DNA of 64,000 nucleotides from Eledone cirrhosa. Lineage: Eukaryota. This document shows, in pieces, positions 44,217 through 57,769 of this stretch. The notes beneath the pieces were generated by a model, which did no database searches, had not been told where the DNA came from, and saw only the letters and a program-made list of their open reading frames with translations. The stretch covers positions 207,514,001 through 207,578,000 of the forward strand of contig OZ024741.1 of assembly GCA_964016885.1 (NCBI GenBank). The letters run 5' to 3'. A program made the position numbers and the translations under genes. Within the stretch, counting starts at the first letter, position 1. Every line of letters begins with the position of its first letter.

Positions 44217-44222
<6 letters not shown>
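43982..44222. repeat. Fold-back insertion containing an HHR
   Basis: Arms 43982-44091 and 44110-44222. Confidence 0.88.
44049..44110 (-). ncRNA. Type I hammerhead ribozyme
   Basis: ttttat-CTGATGA-GAACACA...TGTTTTC-GAAA-TGCGCA-TA-ataaaa, with palindromic stem III. Confidence 0.85.
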
Positions 44223-44295
<73 letters not shown>

Positions 44296-45309
44296 GAAAT
44301 GGCTGTGTAGTTTCTATTTAAGGTAACTTAGCAAGAACGGGGGGCGGGGAGTTTCCCTCATCAGTTGTCTACTGGGGGTCTCGGATATTTCTACGCTTTA
44401 AATACAAGATATCTACCGCCCAGGGCGTTCAATAACTGGATAAGTTATTGGGAAAATGGAAGGAGGGAAGGAAAGCAATGGGGAAGAAAAGAGAAAATAT
44501 TAACAAAACAGCGGAAAAAATCAACAAACCGAGCAATATGCGAATAGGAAATCCAAGACCACTCGATAAGAGAACATAAGTTCAAGACTGAGTGGTCGAG
44601 AGGAGACACACGTCCGATCGCCGCAGTTCTAAGTGAAAAGAAAACTGCTAAACGGTCAGGCGAGGAGGTGAAAGTGAGAGGGAGAAAGGGAGACGAAGAA
44701 AGTGGGGTAAGAGTAGATAGGGAGAAATGAATGGGAAGAAAGAGGGGTAGGGGTGAGAGTAGAAAGTAGCAAAATAGGTAGGTAGAAGAGGAGAGAAGAA
44801 TGGTCACAGCGAAAAACATGATGAAATATATGAAGAATAGAAATGGCTGTGTAGTTGCTTTTTAAGGTAACTTAAAATGTAGTGGGAATACGAAGAAAGC
44901 AAGAACGGGGGGAGGGGTGTTTTCCTCAACAGTTGTCTACTGGGTCTCGGATATTTCTACGCTTTAAGGACAAGATATCTACCGCCCAGGGCGTTCAATA
45001 TATATGTGTGTGTGTGTGTGTGTGTTATTAAGTTAACAATGAAAATAAAAAGAACAAAGTCAAGTTACTTTCTAACTTTGTTTTTATTTTGTTGTTTTTA
45101 TTTTTATTGTTAATTTAATACCTAATATTTGACTGTGTATCTAAAGAATTAATTCAGCGAAACACAGAACTTCTCTATGGATTTTACAAAATTACATTGA
45201 GTCCTATCTACGATACGGACCCTACCACCAGAGGCAGACCAGACTGAAAAAAGAATATATATATATATAGATTGTTGAACGTATATATATATAAGAATAT
45301 ATATATATA

Positions 45310-46046
45310 TAGATTGTTGAACGTATATACTTACCTTATGCATATTAACGGCTGAGTAGCCCAATTTGTCAGTGTTGAACAAACGAGCAACGGTGGTTGC
45401 TAGACACTACGGCTTAATACGGGATGTTTATTTACAAACACACCGAGCATTATAATAAATGTTCGGTGAATCCATACGTGCATATATATATGTGTGCATG
45501 TATGTATATATATATATACATACTACTGTACGTCGGTATACATATATGTATGTACGTGTACATACTTATATTTAAGTAACAGCCGTACTAAGAGTGGGAA
45601 ATGAAATATCGTTTCATTTTTTCCGTTTATCGTTTTCGGTGCACCCGGCCGATTAACCCACTCGATATGCAAATTGGGCTACTCAGCCGTTAATATGCAT
45701 AAGGTAAGTATATACGTTCAACAATCTGGCAGGAAGGTATACGTTGCTGACGATAGCTAACAAGCTTGAAACTAGTACAGCGTTCCTTTGTCAGTGTTGA
45801 ACAAACGAGCAACGGTGGTTGCTAGACACTACGGCTTAATACGGGATGTTTGTTTACAAACACACCGAGCATTATAATAAATGTTCGGTGAATCCATACG
45901 TGCATATATATATGTGTGCATGTATGTATATATATATATACATACTACTGTACGTCGGTATACATATATGTATGTACGTGTACATACTTATATTTAAGTA
46001 ACAGCCGTACTAAGAGTGGGAAATGAAATATCGTTTCATTTTTTCC

Positions 46047-46052
<6 letters not shown>
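45310..46052 (+). repeat. 422-bp HHR unit (about 1.6 copies) with a short inverted arm, homologue of the 466-bp unit
   Basis: tttgtcagtgttgaac at 45365 and 45787. Inverted piece 45310-45367. The 3' end joins (TA)n. Confidence 0.9.
45741..45783 (+). ncRNA. Minimal type I hammerhead ribozyme
   Basis: acgttg-CTGACGA-tagctaacaagctt-GAAA-CTAG-TA-cagcgt. Confidence 0.9.
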
Positions 46053-46091
<39 letters not shown>

Positions 46092-46092
<1 letters not shown>

Positions 46093-46591
46093 TAGCAGTG
46101 GTATCCAGCGTCGCACGAGATAAGGTATTGTGAAATATATAACCGCCTTAGCTAAGCTTAGTATTGCCACGACCACGGCTGGCAAAGAAGTAAGGGTCTG
46201 GTGGTACGTAAGTAAGCAACACTGGTTTAAAACGTGAGGAAGAAGTTGTGTGCACTTACCAACTGTTTGGGAATGAGTTTGAGATTTGTCTTGAGCAAGG
46301 GTGGCAGAATAACCGGAGGCAGCAGACAGCCAGACATACAGACAGATATTATAAGGGCGCGACGTTATATGTATGTATCTATCTAAAAAGAGTAAGACTA
46401 AGAATTATAGAGAGAGATCGCTAAATCGCCTAATGCGGTCCCTAGGGCATTGAAAATTTGAAATTGTTTTTGCTCAGAACACTCCCTGAAACATAAGTAT
46501 TACATGTGTAAAGTTTGAAAACAGTCGGTTGCGTGCTGCTCTAGTTTTAGGGATGCAAACTCACACACACACAGACAGACATCCTCAGTTT

Positions 46592-46598
<7 letters not shown>
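46092..46598 (-). mobile_element. Non-autonomous Helitron-like element
   Basis: CTAG terminus with a degenerate GC hairpin and a cagacagaca tract near the other end. Homologous to 8610-8860. Confidence 0.65.
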
Positions 46599-46622
<24 letters not shown>

Positions 46623-46623
46623 A

Positions 46624-46654
<31 letters not shown>

Positions 46655-46833
46655 ATTGAATATATAAGAGAGATAAACACAAATATAAACATACATGTGT
46701 TTGAATTGTAAAGGACCAAGTTCACTAGGCTGGAAAAAATACTAACTATAACAATATGGTTTGCCAGACTTAATTTAAAGTAATAAATCAAAAAAAAGTA
46801 ATAGACCCTTTTGAGTTTCTAACTCAAAATCTG

Positions 46834-46870
<37 letters not shown>

Positions 46871-47788
46871 TACATACATATATACATATATACATATATA
46901 CATTTACCTATGTATATAGCTATGCATTTATACATTTGTATATATATTTAAGTGTGTAAGGATGTTGACATGATGTATGTTTTTTTTCTTTGGTAAGGAG
47001 AGAATTTTGTCTCCAGATTTTATTACCTAGGGAGATTAAATACCACAGCTCTGGCTGAAAGCTGACCAGGTTCTCAAGCTCATCAAACACGAACGCCGGC
47101 CTGTGTGTTTATGTATGTATGTATGTGCGTATGCATGTGTGTATATGATTGTATGTATGTATATGTATACACCCACACCTTTCATCACTATTGCTTCTTT
47201 TTCTTGTCGTTTCTGTTATTCTTGTAACTGTTGTCAAAGTTGACGTTGTCCTTATTTTCATTTTTTTTTATTTCTTTCGTTTTTCTTTTATCTCCCTAGG
47301 GAATTTGTTGACAAGCTTCTTTTATTTATTTTCTTTGTTTTCTTCATTCAAATGCATTCACACTGGTTGTCTCAGAGACGTACAAATATGGCTTATAAAA
47401 CTTACCTAAATAAATAGCCTAGTGCCTCGCAAAGCTTCAAAGCCCCCCCCCCCCCCCTAACGCCCCCTTGCTCCAATATCCCCCTAGGGAGCCCCGAAAC
47501 GCCCCTCCCACCGGGGGTGGGGTGTGTGCCCCCCGTTGAGAACCTTTCTTCTAAACCAAACGTAAAGAACTAAGGGAATTAGATAGAAACGATATGAGAT
47601 TAGAGTTGAACACAGTCATATTTTTAATATGTGGCAGACTACCTTATTTTCTTGTAAAATTTTTCTTTTTACCAATATATTAATACCAAATTTCTTTTAT
47701 AACAAAAAGCTCATTTTCTTATACATACCCACCCTTTTCCTTACATCTCGTTTTTTTTACATAAAAAAATCCCTCATTTTCTAATATA

Positions 47789-47849
<61 letters not shown>

Positions 47850-48333
47850 TTGAAGGGAATCAAAGTTAGTAGTTATCGCCAGAAGAAATAATACGAATAG
47901 CTGGTTTACTTTTGATATAAAATTTACTCCACTTCAGTAAAAAAAGAGCAATAAATAAGTTACCACGTGTCGCAAAGGTTGACGATTTTATTTTGTTGTT
48001 GATGTGAAAACAGCTGGTGACCAGGCAATGTTTGTTGGTCGTTGCAGTCATGTAGTAGTCCTCGTGTTGATTGAACCTTCTCTCTCTTGGTACCGGCTAT
48101 TTATATCGCCAGATTCCTCTGTCCCCTGCCTCGACAGATCGCCCACGCACCAACTTGTTTACGCCAAAAGGGTGGTGACCTAGAATTTGACCTTTAAGTG
48201 TCACCCAGGGCTCAAGGTGTGGACAGATTTCGCTACATTAGTTCCCCCGCCTAGATCGATGCGCGGGAGCAGCGATCGATAATCGAAAAGTTAGCGAAAG
48301 AGAAAGAGAAAGAGAAAAAACAAAACAAAAAAA

Positions 48334-48395
<62 letters not shown>

Positions 48396-48396
<1 letters not shown>

Positions 48397-48588
48397 CGAA
48401 GGAAATGTGGTAAGGAACCAGGTGGACCATAACGCACCAAAGTACTCAATACTTAGGGTAGTAGAGTGGGTAATAGGAACGAGTAGGACCCCGACGGCTG
48501 AGCCCAAGCCGTTTCGACGGCTAATTCTGGACTGAATTAGCCGTCGAAACGGCTTGAGCTCAGCCGTCGAGGTCCTACTCGTTCCTAT
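48396..48588. mobile_element. Short PLE-terminus fold-back
   Basis: Arms 48473-48527 and 48534-48588. Diverged homologue of 41950-42154. Confidence 0.8.
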
Positions 48589-48787
48589 ATATATATATAT
48601 ATATATATACACTCATAACAAGGCACCATTCCTTGTTCAGCCTGGAAATAAAACGAAAATGAACTTAAAAAAAAAGAATAATAATAAATATATATATATA
48701 AGACAAAGATAGAGGAGAAAAACAGCTTAAATTCACCATTATACACACGCTTGGCACATATACATATACACACATATATATATATAC

Positions 48788-48856
<69 letters not shown>

Positions 48857-48942
48857 AAAGTTTTATTTAAATTTGTTGGGTTACAACAAGTAAATATTTT
48901 ATAACCGATATAAAGCACTCGACAAGTTTTTGGAGTAGATAT

Positions 48943-49369
48943 ACGATAGTAAACAAATGGAAACTATATTTATAAAACCATATTTATTTCATTATACATA
49001 TTTCAGGGATACCATATTAAAAATATGGCATGCCTTCGTCAGATAAAATACAATATATAAACTGTTTTATAAATAATTTTGACGTACCATAAATATAAGC
49101 CACCATTAAGGTAGGAAGCTCGCTTGGTAGTGAGGTGTTTATAATTATTTAGTTATAGTGTTAAGCACAGTTAGAAAGAAAGACGGAGAGAAAGAAGAAA
49201 TGTATGTAAAGAAAAACAGAGAGAAATAGAGAGAAATGGGGGAGAGAGAAAGAAGGAGGAGGTGAGAAAAGAGAGGCAACCGAAGTCAACAGATGAATAA
49301 TAATAATAATTCACCATACAAATTAGAGAAGAGACGGAGAGAAAGAAAAAAAATGGAGATGACGAGAAA

Positions 49370-49448
<79 letters not shown>

Positions 49449-49785
49449 AGGATGGAATAATAATTATATAGGGGGAGGTGAAAACCAAGAGAGAAATAAG
49501 ATAGAAACATGGGAGGCAAAGTCAAAACGACAGATACATAAACTTCATCAGATATAAAGAGAGAGGAGAAGAAAGAGCTATATCTAGAGAGAGGGATGAT
49601 AGAGTTACATCTTTACGTCATGTCCTATCAATTTGAATTATCAATTCATATGAACTGGGTAATATAATGTAAATATCAATATTCATGAATGAGACATAGA
49701 TATATAATGTGTGAAAATAATTTTGCTCAATAATGACCATATGTTTAGTTTAAAACTCTGAGGTCAATGTACCAAAATCTGAGAT

Positions 49786-49822
<37 letters not shown>

Positions 49823-51403
49823 ACCCTATTTATAAATACATTCACACGCATATGCACTTTCTGAAAAAAGAAAAAGATAAAGAGAAAGTCATGTCAAGCT
49901 CTAGTCGATAATACAGACTCACACATGACTTTACGTGATTAGCTCTATAATTTCTTGTGTCATAAAAAATTTCCTTGTGTTATAAAAAATTTCACTATAT
50001 ATATATATAAAAATAAACGATTAATATTCAAGCCCTCACACATATGATTATCGTTCATGTATATAATATTATGCATATCTGTAACATATACAGAACTATA
50101 CCTACATATATATATACATATATATGTATACACAAGATATCTGCGTGAGTGTTCCAGCATCTCTATGCACACATACAGGCACATTAACAGATAAAATATA
50201 CTCTGTAATCTTTCCATATGCATGTTAATACATATGGCCTTTATATAGAAATAACCAGATATCAATATATCAGCACAGAAATATCAAAACGTTAAAAATA
50301 TTTTCAACACACCCTAGGGTATCTCAGGCCATAAAAACAGTATGCCTCATATATTTACCACAGAAATCTATCCTTCCAATTTTTTCAGACAATATATTGT
50401 AAAGTTCTTTAGAGGCAATCAGAATCAGAAAGCAAATAAAAAACCAAAAATTATTTAACAAAAATTATTTAAAGGATTTAGAAGACCCTGTGTTTCTACG
50501 GATGCTCTTATATTTAGTATAGAAATTTATCTTGCGTAAAATTTATTTAATACATTGGGAGCATTTTTTTTTTTTTTTTTTTTTTAAAGATTTATCTCAG
50601 ATTTTGGTACTAAACATATGGTCATTTACCTCAGAGTTTTAAACTAAACATATGGTCATTATTGAGCAAAATTATTTTCACACATTATATATCTATGTCT
50701 CATTCATGAATATTGATATTTACATTATATTACCCAGTTCATATGAACTGATAATTCAAATTGATAGGACATGACGTAAAGATGTAACTCTATCATCCCT
50801 CTCTCTAGATATAGCTCTTTCTTCTCCTCTCTCTTTATATCTGATGAAGTTTATGTATCTGTCGTTTTGACTTTGCCTCCCATGTTTCTCTCTTATTTCT
50901 CTCTTGGTTTTCACCTCCCCCTATATAATTATTATTATTTTTTCTCCCTCTTTCTTTTCCTCCCACCTCTCTCTCTATTTTCTCGTCATCTCCATTTTTT
51001 TTCTGTCTCTCCGTCTCTTCTCTAATTTGTATGGTGAATTATTATTATTATTCATCTGTTGACTTCGGTTGCCTCTCTTTTCTCACCTCCTCCTTCTTTC
51101 TCTCTCCCCCATTTCTCTCTATTTCTCTCTGTTTTTCTTTACATACATTTCTTCTTTCTCTCCGTCTTTCTTTCTAACTGTGCTTAACACTATAACTAAA
51201 TAATTATAAACACCTCACTACCAAGCCAGCTTCCTACCTTAATGGTGGCTTATATTTATGGTACGTCAAAATTATTTATAAAACAGTTTATATATTGTAT
51301 TTTATCTGACGAAGGCATGCCATATTTTTAATATGGTATCCCTGAAATATGTATAATGAAATAAATATGGTTTTATAAATATAGTTTCCATTTGTTTACT
51401 ATC

Positions 51404-51404
<1 letters not shown>
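48943..51404. repeat. Inverted PLE pLTR pair with about 850-bp arms, inside the Gypsy element
   Basis: 48943-49820 is the reverse complement of 50565-51404. Related to the pLTRs at 276-2580 and 43700-43910. Confidence 0.88.
51300..51361 (+). ncRNA. Type I hammerhead ribozyme (mirror copy 48987-49048, minus strand)
   Basis: ttttat-CTGACGA-aggcatgccatatt/aatatggtatccct-GAAA-TATGTA-TA-atgaaa. Confidence 0.8.
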
Positions 51405-51461
<57 letters not shown>

Positions 51462-54400
51462 TCAGAGCAAGCACGTGGGTGTATAGACACACATATACGA
51501 GACAGGTTGTTGGCCAAGGAAAAAAAAAAGTTTATATTAGTTCAACTCTGTTTCTCTCCTTCCACACACTACTTGTTGTTCATGTCCATAAAGTCTCCAT
51601 CACAACTTGATCTTTTTAACATCTCCAGAAAATGAGATTTTTTTTATTTTTATTTTAACTGTTACATTTTTTTGTGATATTTTCTTTATAAGATAAGACC
51701 AGTAAACAATTAAATGCAAATGAACAAATTATAGATGAGATGAGGAATGTTACTTGCCATATTGAGCATAGCGAGATGGCCTGTGCACACGTCGATCGGA
51801 TCTAGTGCTTGTTGTTGGCATAGAGTTCGGATTGCCGGTGGATGGGAGCACTGGTGTTGGGTTAACTTGATTTGATGATGAGGGTTCATCCAAATCTACA
51901 TGAGCTTTTTTTAACCGGTCGGCACTGACAGCATCGCTCCTTCCATTAATGTCCAAAATGAAATGTTTGGATGCCCTTTTGGGTACTTGGTAGGGCCCCG
52001 AGTACGGTGGTTGCAAAGGAGCCCTGATAGTGTCCCGTCTGACAAAAACGTGTTCATTGCTGTAGGTCGGATGGAACTTGCGTAGTGATGCTTTGAGGGT
52101 GCGGGCAACCGATGGCAGGTTTGCCATATAGGTCCGCAGGAGATGGATATAGTTCATTGGATCTGCGGGGTATTTAGACTCAGGAGCAATCATTTGCCCG
52201 GGTAATACCAATGTCGTGCCATAAACCAGCTTATCCGGCGTAACACCAAGTCCTTCTTTTACGGTGGAGCGAATTCCAAGAAGGATGAAGAGTAAGATCT
52301 CCAACCAGTTGCTGTTGTTGACATAGGCTCTGAGAGCCGATTTTAATTGCCGGTGGAAACGTTCCACCATACCATTAGCTGCAGGGTGATAGGCTGTTGT
52401 ACGTGTTCGACTACAACTTAGGAGGCGTGTCAATTCTTGAAAAATGTTTGATTCGAACTGGCCGCCTCTGTTCGTTGTTATGGTAGAAGGTGTGCCATAA
52501 CGCGAAATCCAATGCTGTAGTAGCGCCTTGGCAATAGATTCGGTTGTAGTGTCGGAAAGAGGAATGGCCTCAGGCCACCGGGAGAATCTGTCCACACAGG
52601 TCAAAAGGTGAGTGCAACCCTGAGAAGGAGGCAGTGGTCCGACGATGTCGATGTGTATGTGTTGGGAACGTGCACCCGGTGTTGCGAAGATTGAATTTTC
52701 GCCTAAGGACACTGAACGCAACGTCTGGCCCATTCCCTGACATCCTTGTTCACACCAATCCAAACAAACCGCGCTGTTAATAATTTCAGGGTAGAGTTGG
52801 TTCCAGGATGCGATAGGTTGTGCAGCGCAGAAAAAACCGAACGTCGATGCTGTAGGGGCACATATGGGCGCGCGTGACCCGTAGACACATCACACCAAAT
52901 ACCATTAGAAGAAAAGGGTAGAGGGAGGAGTTTGAAAGACAAGTAAGAAGAAGATGGAGAATTTCAAAGTTTGAGGAGCTCCCCATCCGTCTGTTGAGCG
53001 GCAGCGATGTCTCTGAGGCTGATGGAAAAAGAGGTATGCAATGCACCCAGGTGTGCACGAGAAAGGGCGTCAGCTGCAGAGATGTCTGAACCTTTAATGT
53101 GGCGAATATCCGTAACATGTGGGTATAGCAGAATGGTTCACCGCCGTGAGGAGGACTGTTGTGGGTTTCCTACTGCCTGACACCAGATATGATGGTATAA
53201 CGCTAACCTCAGCTCCGGTGTCCACCAGAAAACAAACACCGGTTGATCGGTCGCTAATGTGAAACAAGCGGTTAGGTTTGGAAGAGCCAGGTGTAGTTAC
53301 CGCCGTTACTGCCTGACCACGTTGTTTCCCGGAACATAACGGAAATCCCTCCTAAAAGAACAGGGCAATAGGCATTTACGAGCCCTTTCGCCGAATTTAC
53401 GGTGGTAATAGCACATGGGATCGGTCGGCCGGGTACGACTCGGGTCTCACGGGCGCTGGTGGGAAGCGCATCGAGTTGAGCTGGCGTTGCTGCGTGATTG
53501 TAGCTGCAGTTTAGCCATAAGAGCGTTCAGTTGCTCGGCCTGTTCTTCCACCCGAGCCTCGAGCGCCACCACCTCCGAAACAGAAGACGAGGAAGGGGAA
53601 GAATTAGAAAATGAGGAAGAAAGAGGGGAAGAAAAAGAGCTTACTATTGGATGTCTGTGTGTCTCCTGGGTCACGAGTAACAATGGTGCTGCCACCTCTT
53701 TGATCCTATCGGCTGAATCCGCCAGCCCTCGATTGGGGTGGATACTTCACTGGCCGTCAAAATACTGCGAGTGGCTGGTGGCAGTTTTTGTAAGAACAGC
53801 TGTTTTAAGCTGGTCGGCTCCATGGTGTTTTCTCCCAATTAGCCGTCTTAGAAACTGTGACGGTTTCTTGTCGCCTAACTCCTCTGAATATAGCAGCCGA
53901 TTAATCCGTTGCTGCTGCGAGACGGATGTCCACTTTATAGGCTCGGACCTAAATGTAGCATGAGAATATGTGCCTGGTGGTGCTGTAAGCAAATCCCTGA
54001 TCTGCTGCAGGCTCTCGGGAGGAAGCGCCCCGACAACATGGGAAGTTTTAGTCCTGTCTGCCGAAATATGGTGTGTCTCAAATTGGGCCTCGATGAATCT
54101 GAACCAAATGATAGGATCATGAGGCCAGAATGTCGGTATCCGCAGGGATATTGCTGCTTGTACGGACGATGATGCTGGTGATTGTTCCATATTGCTGGGT
54201 GATTATCGTTGGTAATTATAGATGGCTCAGAAAGCTGCGTGTTCTAATGTCGGGTCAGCAATTGAAGGGAATCAAAGTTAGTAGTTATCGTAAGAAGAAA
54301 TAACACGAATAGCTGGTTTACTTTTGATATAAAATTTACTCCAGTCAAAAAGAGCAACAAATATGTTACCATGAGTCGCAAATGTTATTTTGTTGTTGAT

Positions 54401-54848
54401 GTAAAAACAACGAGTGACCAGACAATGTTTGTTGGTCGTTGCAGTCAGGTAGTAGTCCTCGTGTTGATTGAACCTTCTCTCTCTTGGTGGTGACCTTTAA
54501 GTGTCACTCAGGACTCGAGGTGTGGACAGATTTCGCTACATGTTTGTGTGTGTGTATATCGAGGAGTAACCACAGTTAATAAAGGTACTCAATATCTTAG
54601 TAGGGTGTAAGCGTAATTATTTATTATTGAAATGGTTTCTACAGGACTAGAAGTGTTTCATTCGTACGAAATCATACGAATGAAACAGTTCTCGCCCTGT
54701 AGAAGCCATTTCCCCCCCCCTCTCTATATATATATACATATATATAGGAAAAGTAAATAACAACAAGGAGTACAGTTATGAAAGTTTAGGTATTAGGTTC
54801 AAGCTTGAGAGTGGGGGTGGTGGGTAGTATATATATATGTGCGCGCGC

Positions 54849-54897
<49 letters not shown>

Positions 54898-57769
54898 TGT
54901 CTGTATGTATAAATGTATATCAAGTAGAACACTTGTTGACATAACCGCCAGTGTGCCAGCTCTTATGTATGTTCAATAACCCGGAGGGAACATTTTAATT
55001 CCAGTTGTCAGTATTACATCCCTTCGTTTGAAGAAATATAGAAAATTTCGTCAAAACAGGAAACTCAATGTAAAACAAGTGAGGAATGAGAGGATATAAC
55101 ACTTTTTTTAGTGTCCTGAAGCGAAGAAATATCTAACTTCGCAGTAGTGCCGGCCACATAGGGAAGACATTCTTAACTTACAACAAAATGCTGTATATGA
55201 TATAACAATTTCTCAAAATAAAGATCTAATTCCATCTTACTCAACTCTGTCGAACATGTAGTTTCGGCTCCGATACAGAACAACAGCAACTGGGTTTCTT
55301 AGACTCTAGTAGAATTTGAAAATGCAATATTACATATTTTTGCCGTCTTAAAACGTAACGAAGTAACTCTTCTTGCTAAAAATACTTGTAATTTGTACTT
55401 GTGTCGGCGTGCTGCATATGCAGAAATGAATCTAAATCATTGGAAGGATTAAGAAGCATGCTTGTGCCACCCATGTATAAGAAAAGGTTCAAGGTAAGGC
55501 AGTTCTCGAAACCAAGATGCAGCCATGTATGTATGTCAAGTCGCTCTTTAGCGCTACTGGTAACATGTAACTCAGTACAACATGTGCATGCTCGAGTCGT
55601 CGGCGACTAAACTGGCAACTCCACCAAGCTTTCTTGTTGAGGAGGGTGATTTTGGGCACCCTGCGGGATGACAAACAAAACCAGTCAAAGGGCGGAGGAA
55701 CAGAAGAGTCAACGGCCATCCAATAATTTTTTTTTTTTGTGGAGCAAGAGACTCCTAGTCTTCATTAAGACGTCTCTCTAGGAGAAGGTAACTCTGATAT
55801 AAAACTTGCGACTTCGTTTGTATCCAATGATGTACACCTGTTCTACTTTTTGGGCAAATGCATTCGATGTTCAGAGAATGGGATTGACTCCGTGCAAAGC
55901 CTTTCCTCACTTAATAAAAGCTTCAAGCATAGGCATCGGATGATATGTGACATCGTTTGCGATGCATTGTATTGCTGGCCATACGCAAATCCCTAGCAGG
56001 ACTAAAAAGCCACGTTCATGATGTTCATGGTTAAGTATCAAGCGATAGCATTACTCGAAATCGAATTGTAGCCATCATATATGCATGTATAGCGAGAATT
56101 ATGAGTGCAGGTCATAACTACCTTCGTGTTGTCGATGTATAACATGGCGTAAAACACACAATTACACACTGCATGGTTGATTGATCATACAAGCCCAGCT
56201 TTGATACTTCCTTTTCAGACTGTTGTGTAGGATGTCCTGATTGACACAATCGACCTTCTCTGAAATTGGTACTTACGTTTTGTGGCTTCTATACAAGTAT
56301 TCGTTTGTCATGTGTTATATAAATACTATCATTATCATAATGACAATTATTATTTTCTGTATGAGCATCATGTTTATACACACATTCACACACAAATATA
56401 GACATACATATTCAGACATAAACACATACATATAGGCATATACAAACTTTAAGATACTCAACACACGCAAGCGCAAAAAGAACACATCATACTGAAATAG
56501 CGCTATGTACTGACTAGTACTGGGATTATTATAAACAGAAGCCATTATTTCACAAACAACGTGGAGGTTAACTTTGCCTTTCATCCTTACGGGGTCGATA
56601 AAATAAAGTACCAGTAATGCACTGGGATAATTGCTGGCCTTCATAAACAACCGGAAATTTCAAAATGTTCGGAAGATAAATATATAAATATATATACTAT
56701 ATGAACTGGTTGATGTAATTGTGTTTGACTTTGTGGTAGAGGAGATGGCTGTAGTGGTAGTGGTTGTTGTGGTGATGACTGATTCGTTGTAGTGGTTGAT
56801 ATTGTCAGTTGTTGTTTAACCACAGGTCAATTCTAATGAAGCGGACCTAGAGCAAGCAATTATATCTTCAGACCAGAGATCTTACTCGAATCCTCACAAC
56901 TGAGTAGTCACCAAAGGCAAACAATGTGGTGATAAAATGGTAACGTATTGCTTCTATCTTCGAAGATAATATAAAATCCAATCAACAGTCAAACACATGT
57001 TTTCTGTTAGGCCAATTTTACTTAGGGCACTTGGGTCGAACGGAGGCTATGCGCACGAAAAACCCTCCAAAACTACGATGAGGGATATCTGTATTGAGAC
57101 TTGGAGATAACTATGCTACGATATATGCCAATAATTACAGAAATGGATGATTAAGGCTAAATTGTAGGATTTTGTGAAGGACAACAAGAAAGGAAATATC
57201 CTTTTAATCAATCTTTCAATCCCAACAGACGATAAGAAATTGTGAAATTATCCAAATATATAGATCTAAATATAGAGACAATCAGAATGCAAAGATTGAC
57301 GACAAAAGCAATCCGTATTGTAATAGATGTCTTGGGAATGATTAAAATACATGTAGATAAATACATTACCAAAACTTCATCAGTACCACATATATACATT
57401 GTATATAGAAACTTACTACTAGACACTGGCCACATATAGTATTGAACAGCCCAGAGCTGGATATATATGCTATACAGTAAATAGTGCTACTAGTAACTAT
57501 ACGCATATTGTATAGGCGTACAAATATATACAAAAGAGAGAAAATAGTCACTGCGAGGTATTACACACTTATTATAAAATATACTGATGATACAACAGAA
57601 AAAAAGCAAACCACAAGTTGCACAGAGTTGCGCTCGTCGTACTGGCGGGATAGGAAGTAATAATAATAATAATCATAATATAATAAAGGGAGGAGTGCGG
57701 GACTGTGTCCTGAATGTATTTTTTGTATCCCGTTAGTAAAATAAGTTGGATTATTTTGACTAAATAATT

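Larger units (their letters stand above)
47851..54540 (-). mobile_element. Gypsy LTR retrotransposon, RT/RNaseH deleted, with nested PLE insertions
   Basis: LTRs 54263-54540 and 47851-48237 (TG...CA on minus), TGTT TSD, PBS-like TGCTGACCCGAC and a PPT. Gag IPTFWPHDP, protease LVDTGAEVS, and integrase HIDIVGPLP...NGMVERFHRQLK with a GPY motif. Confidence 0.93.
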
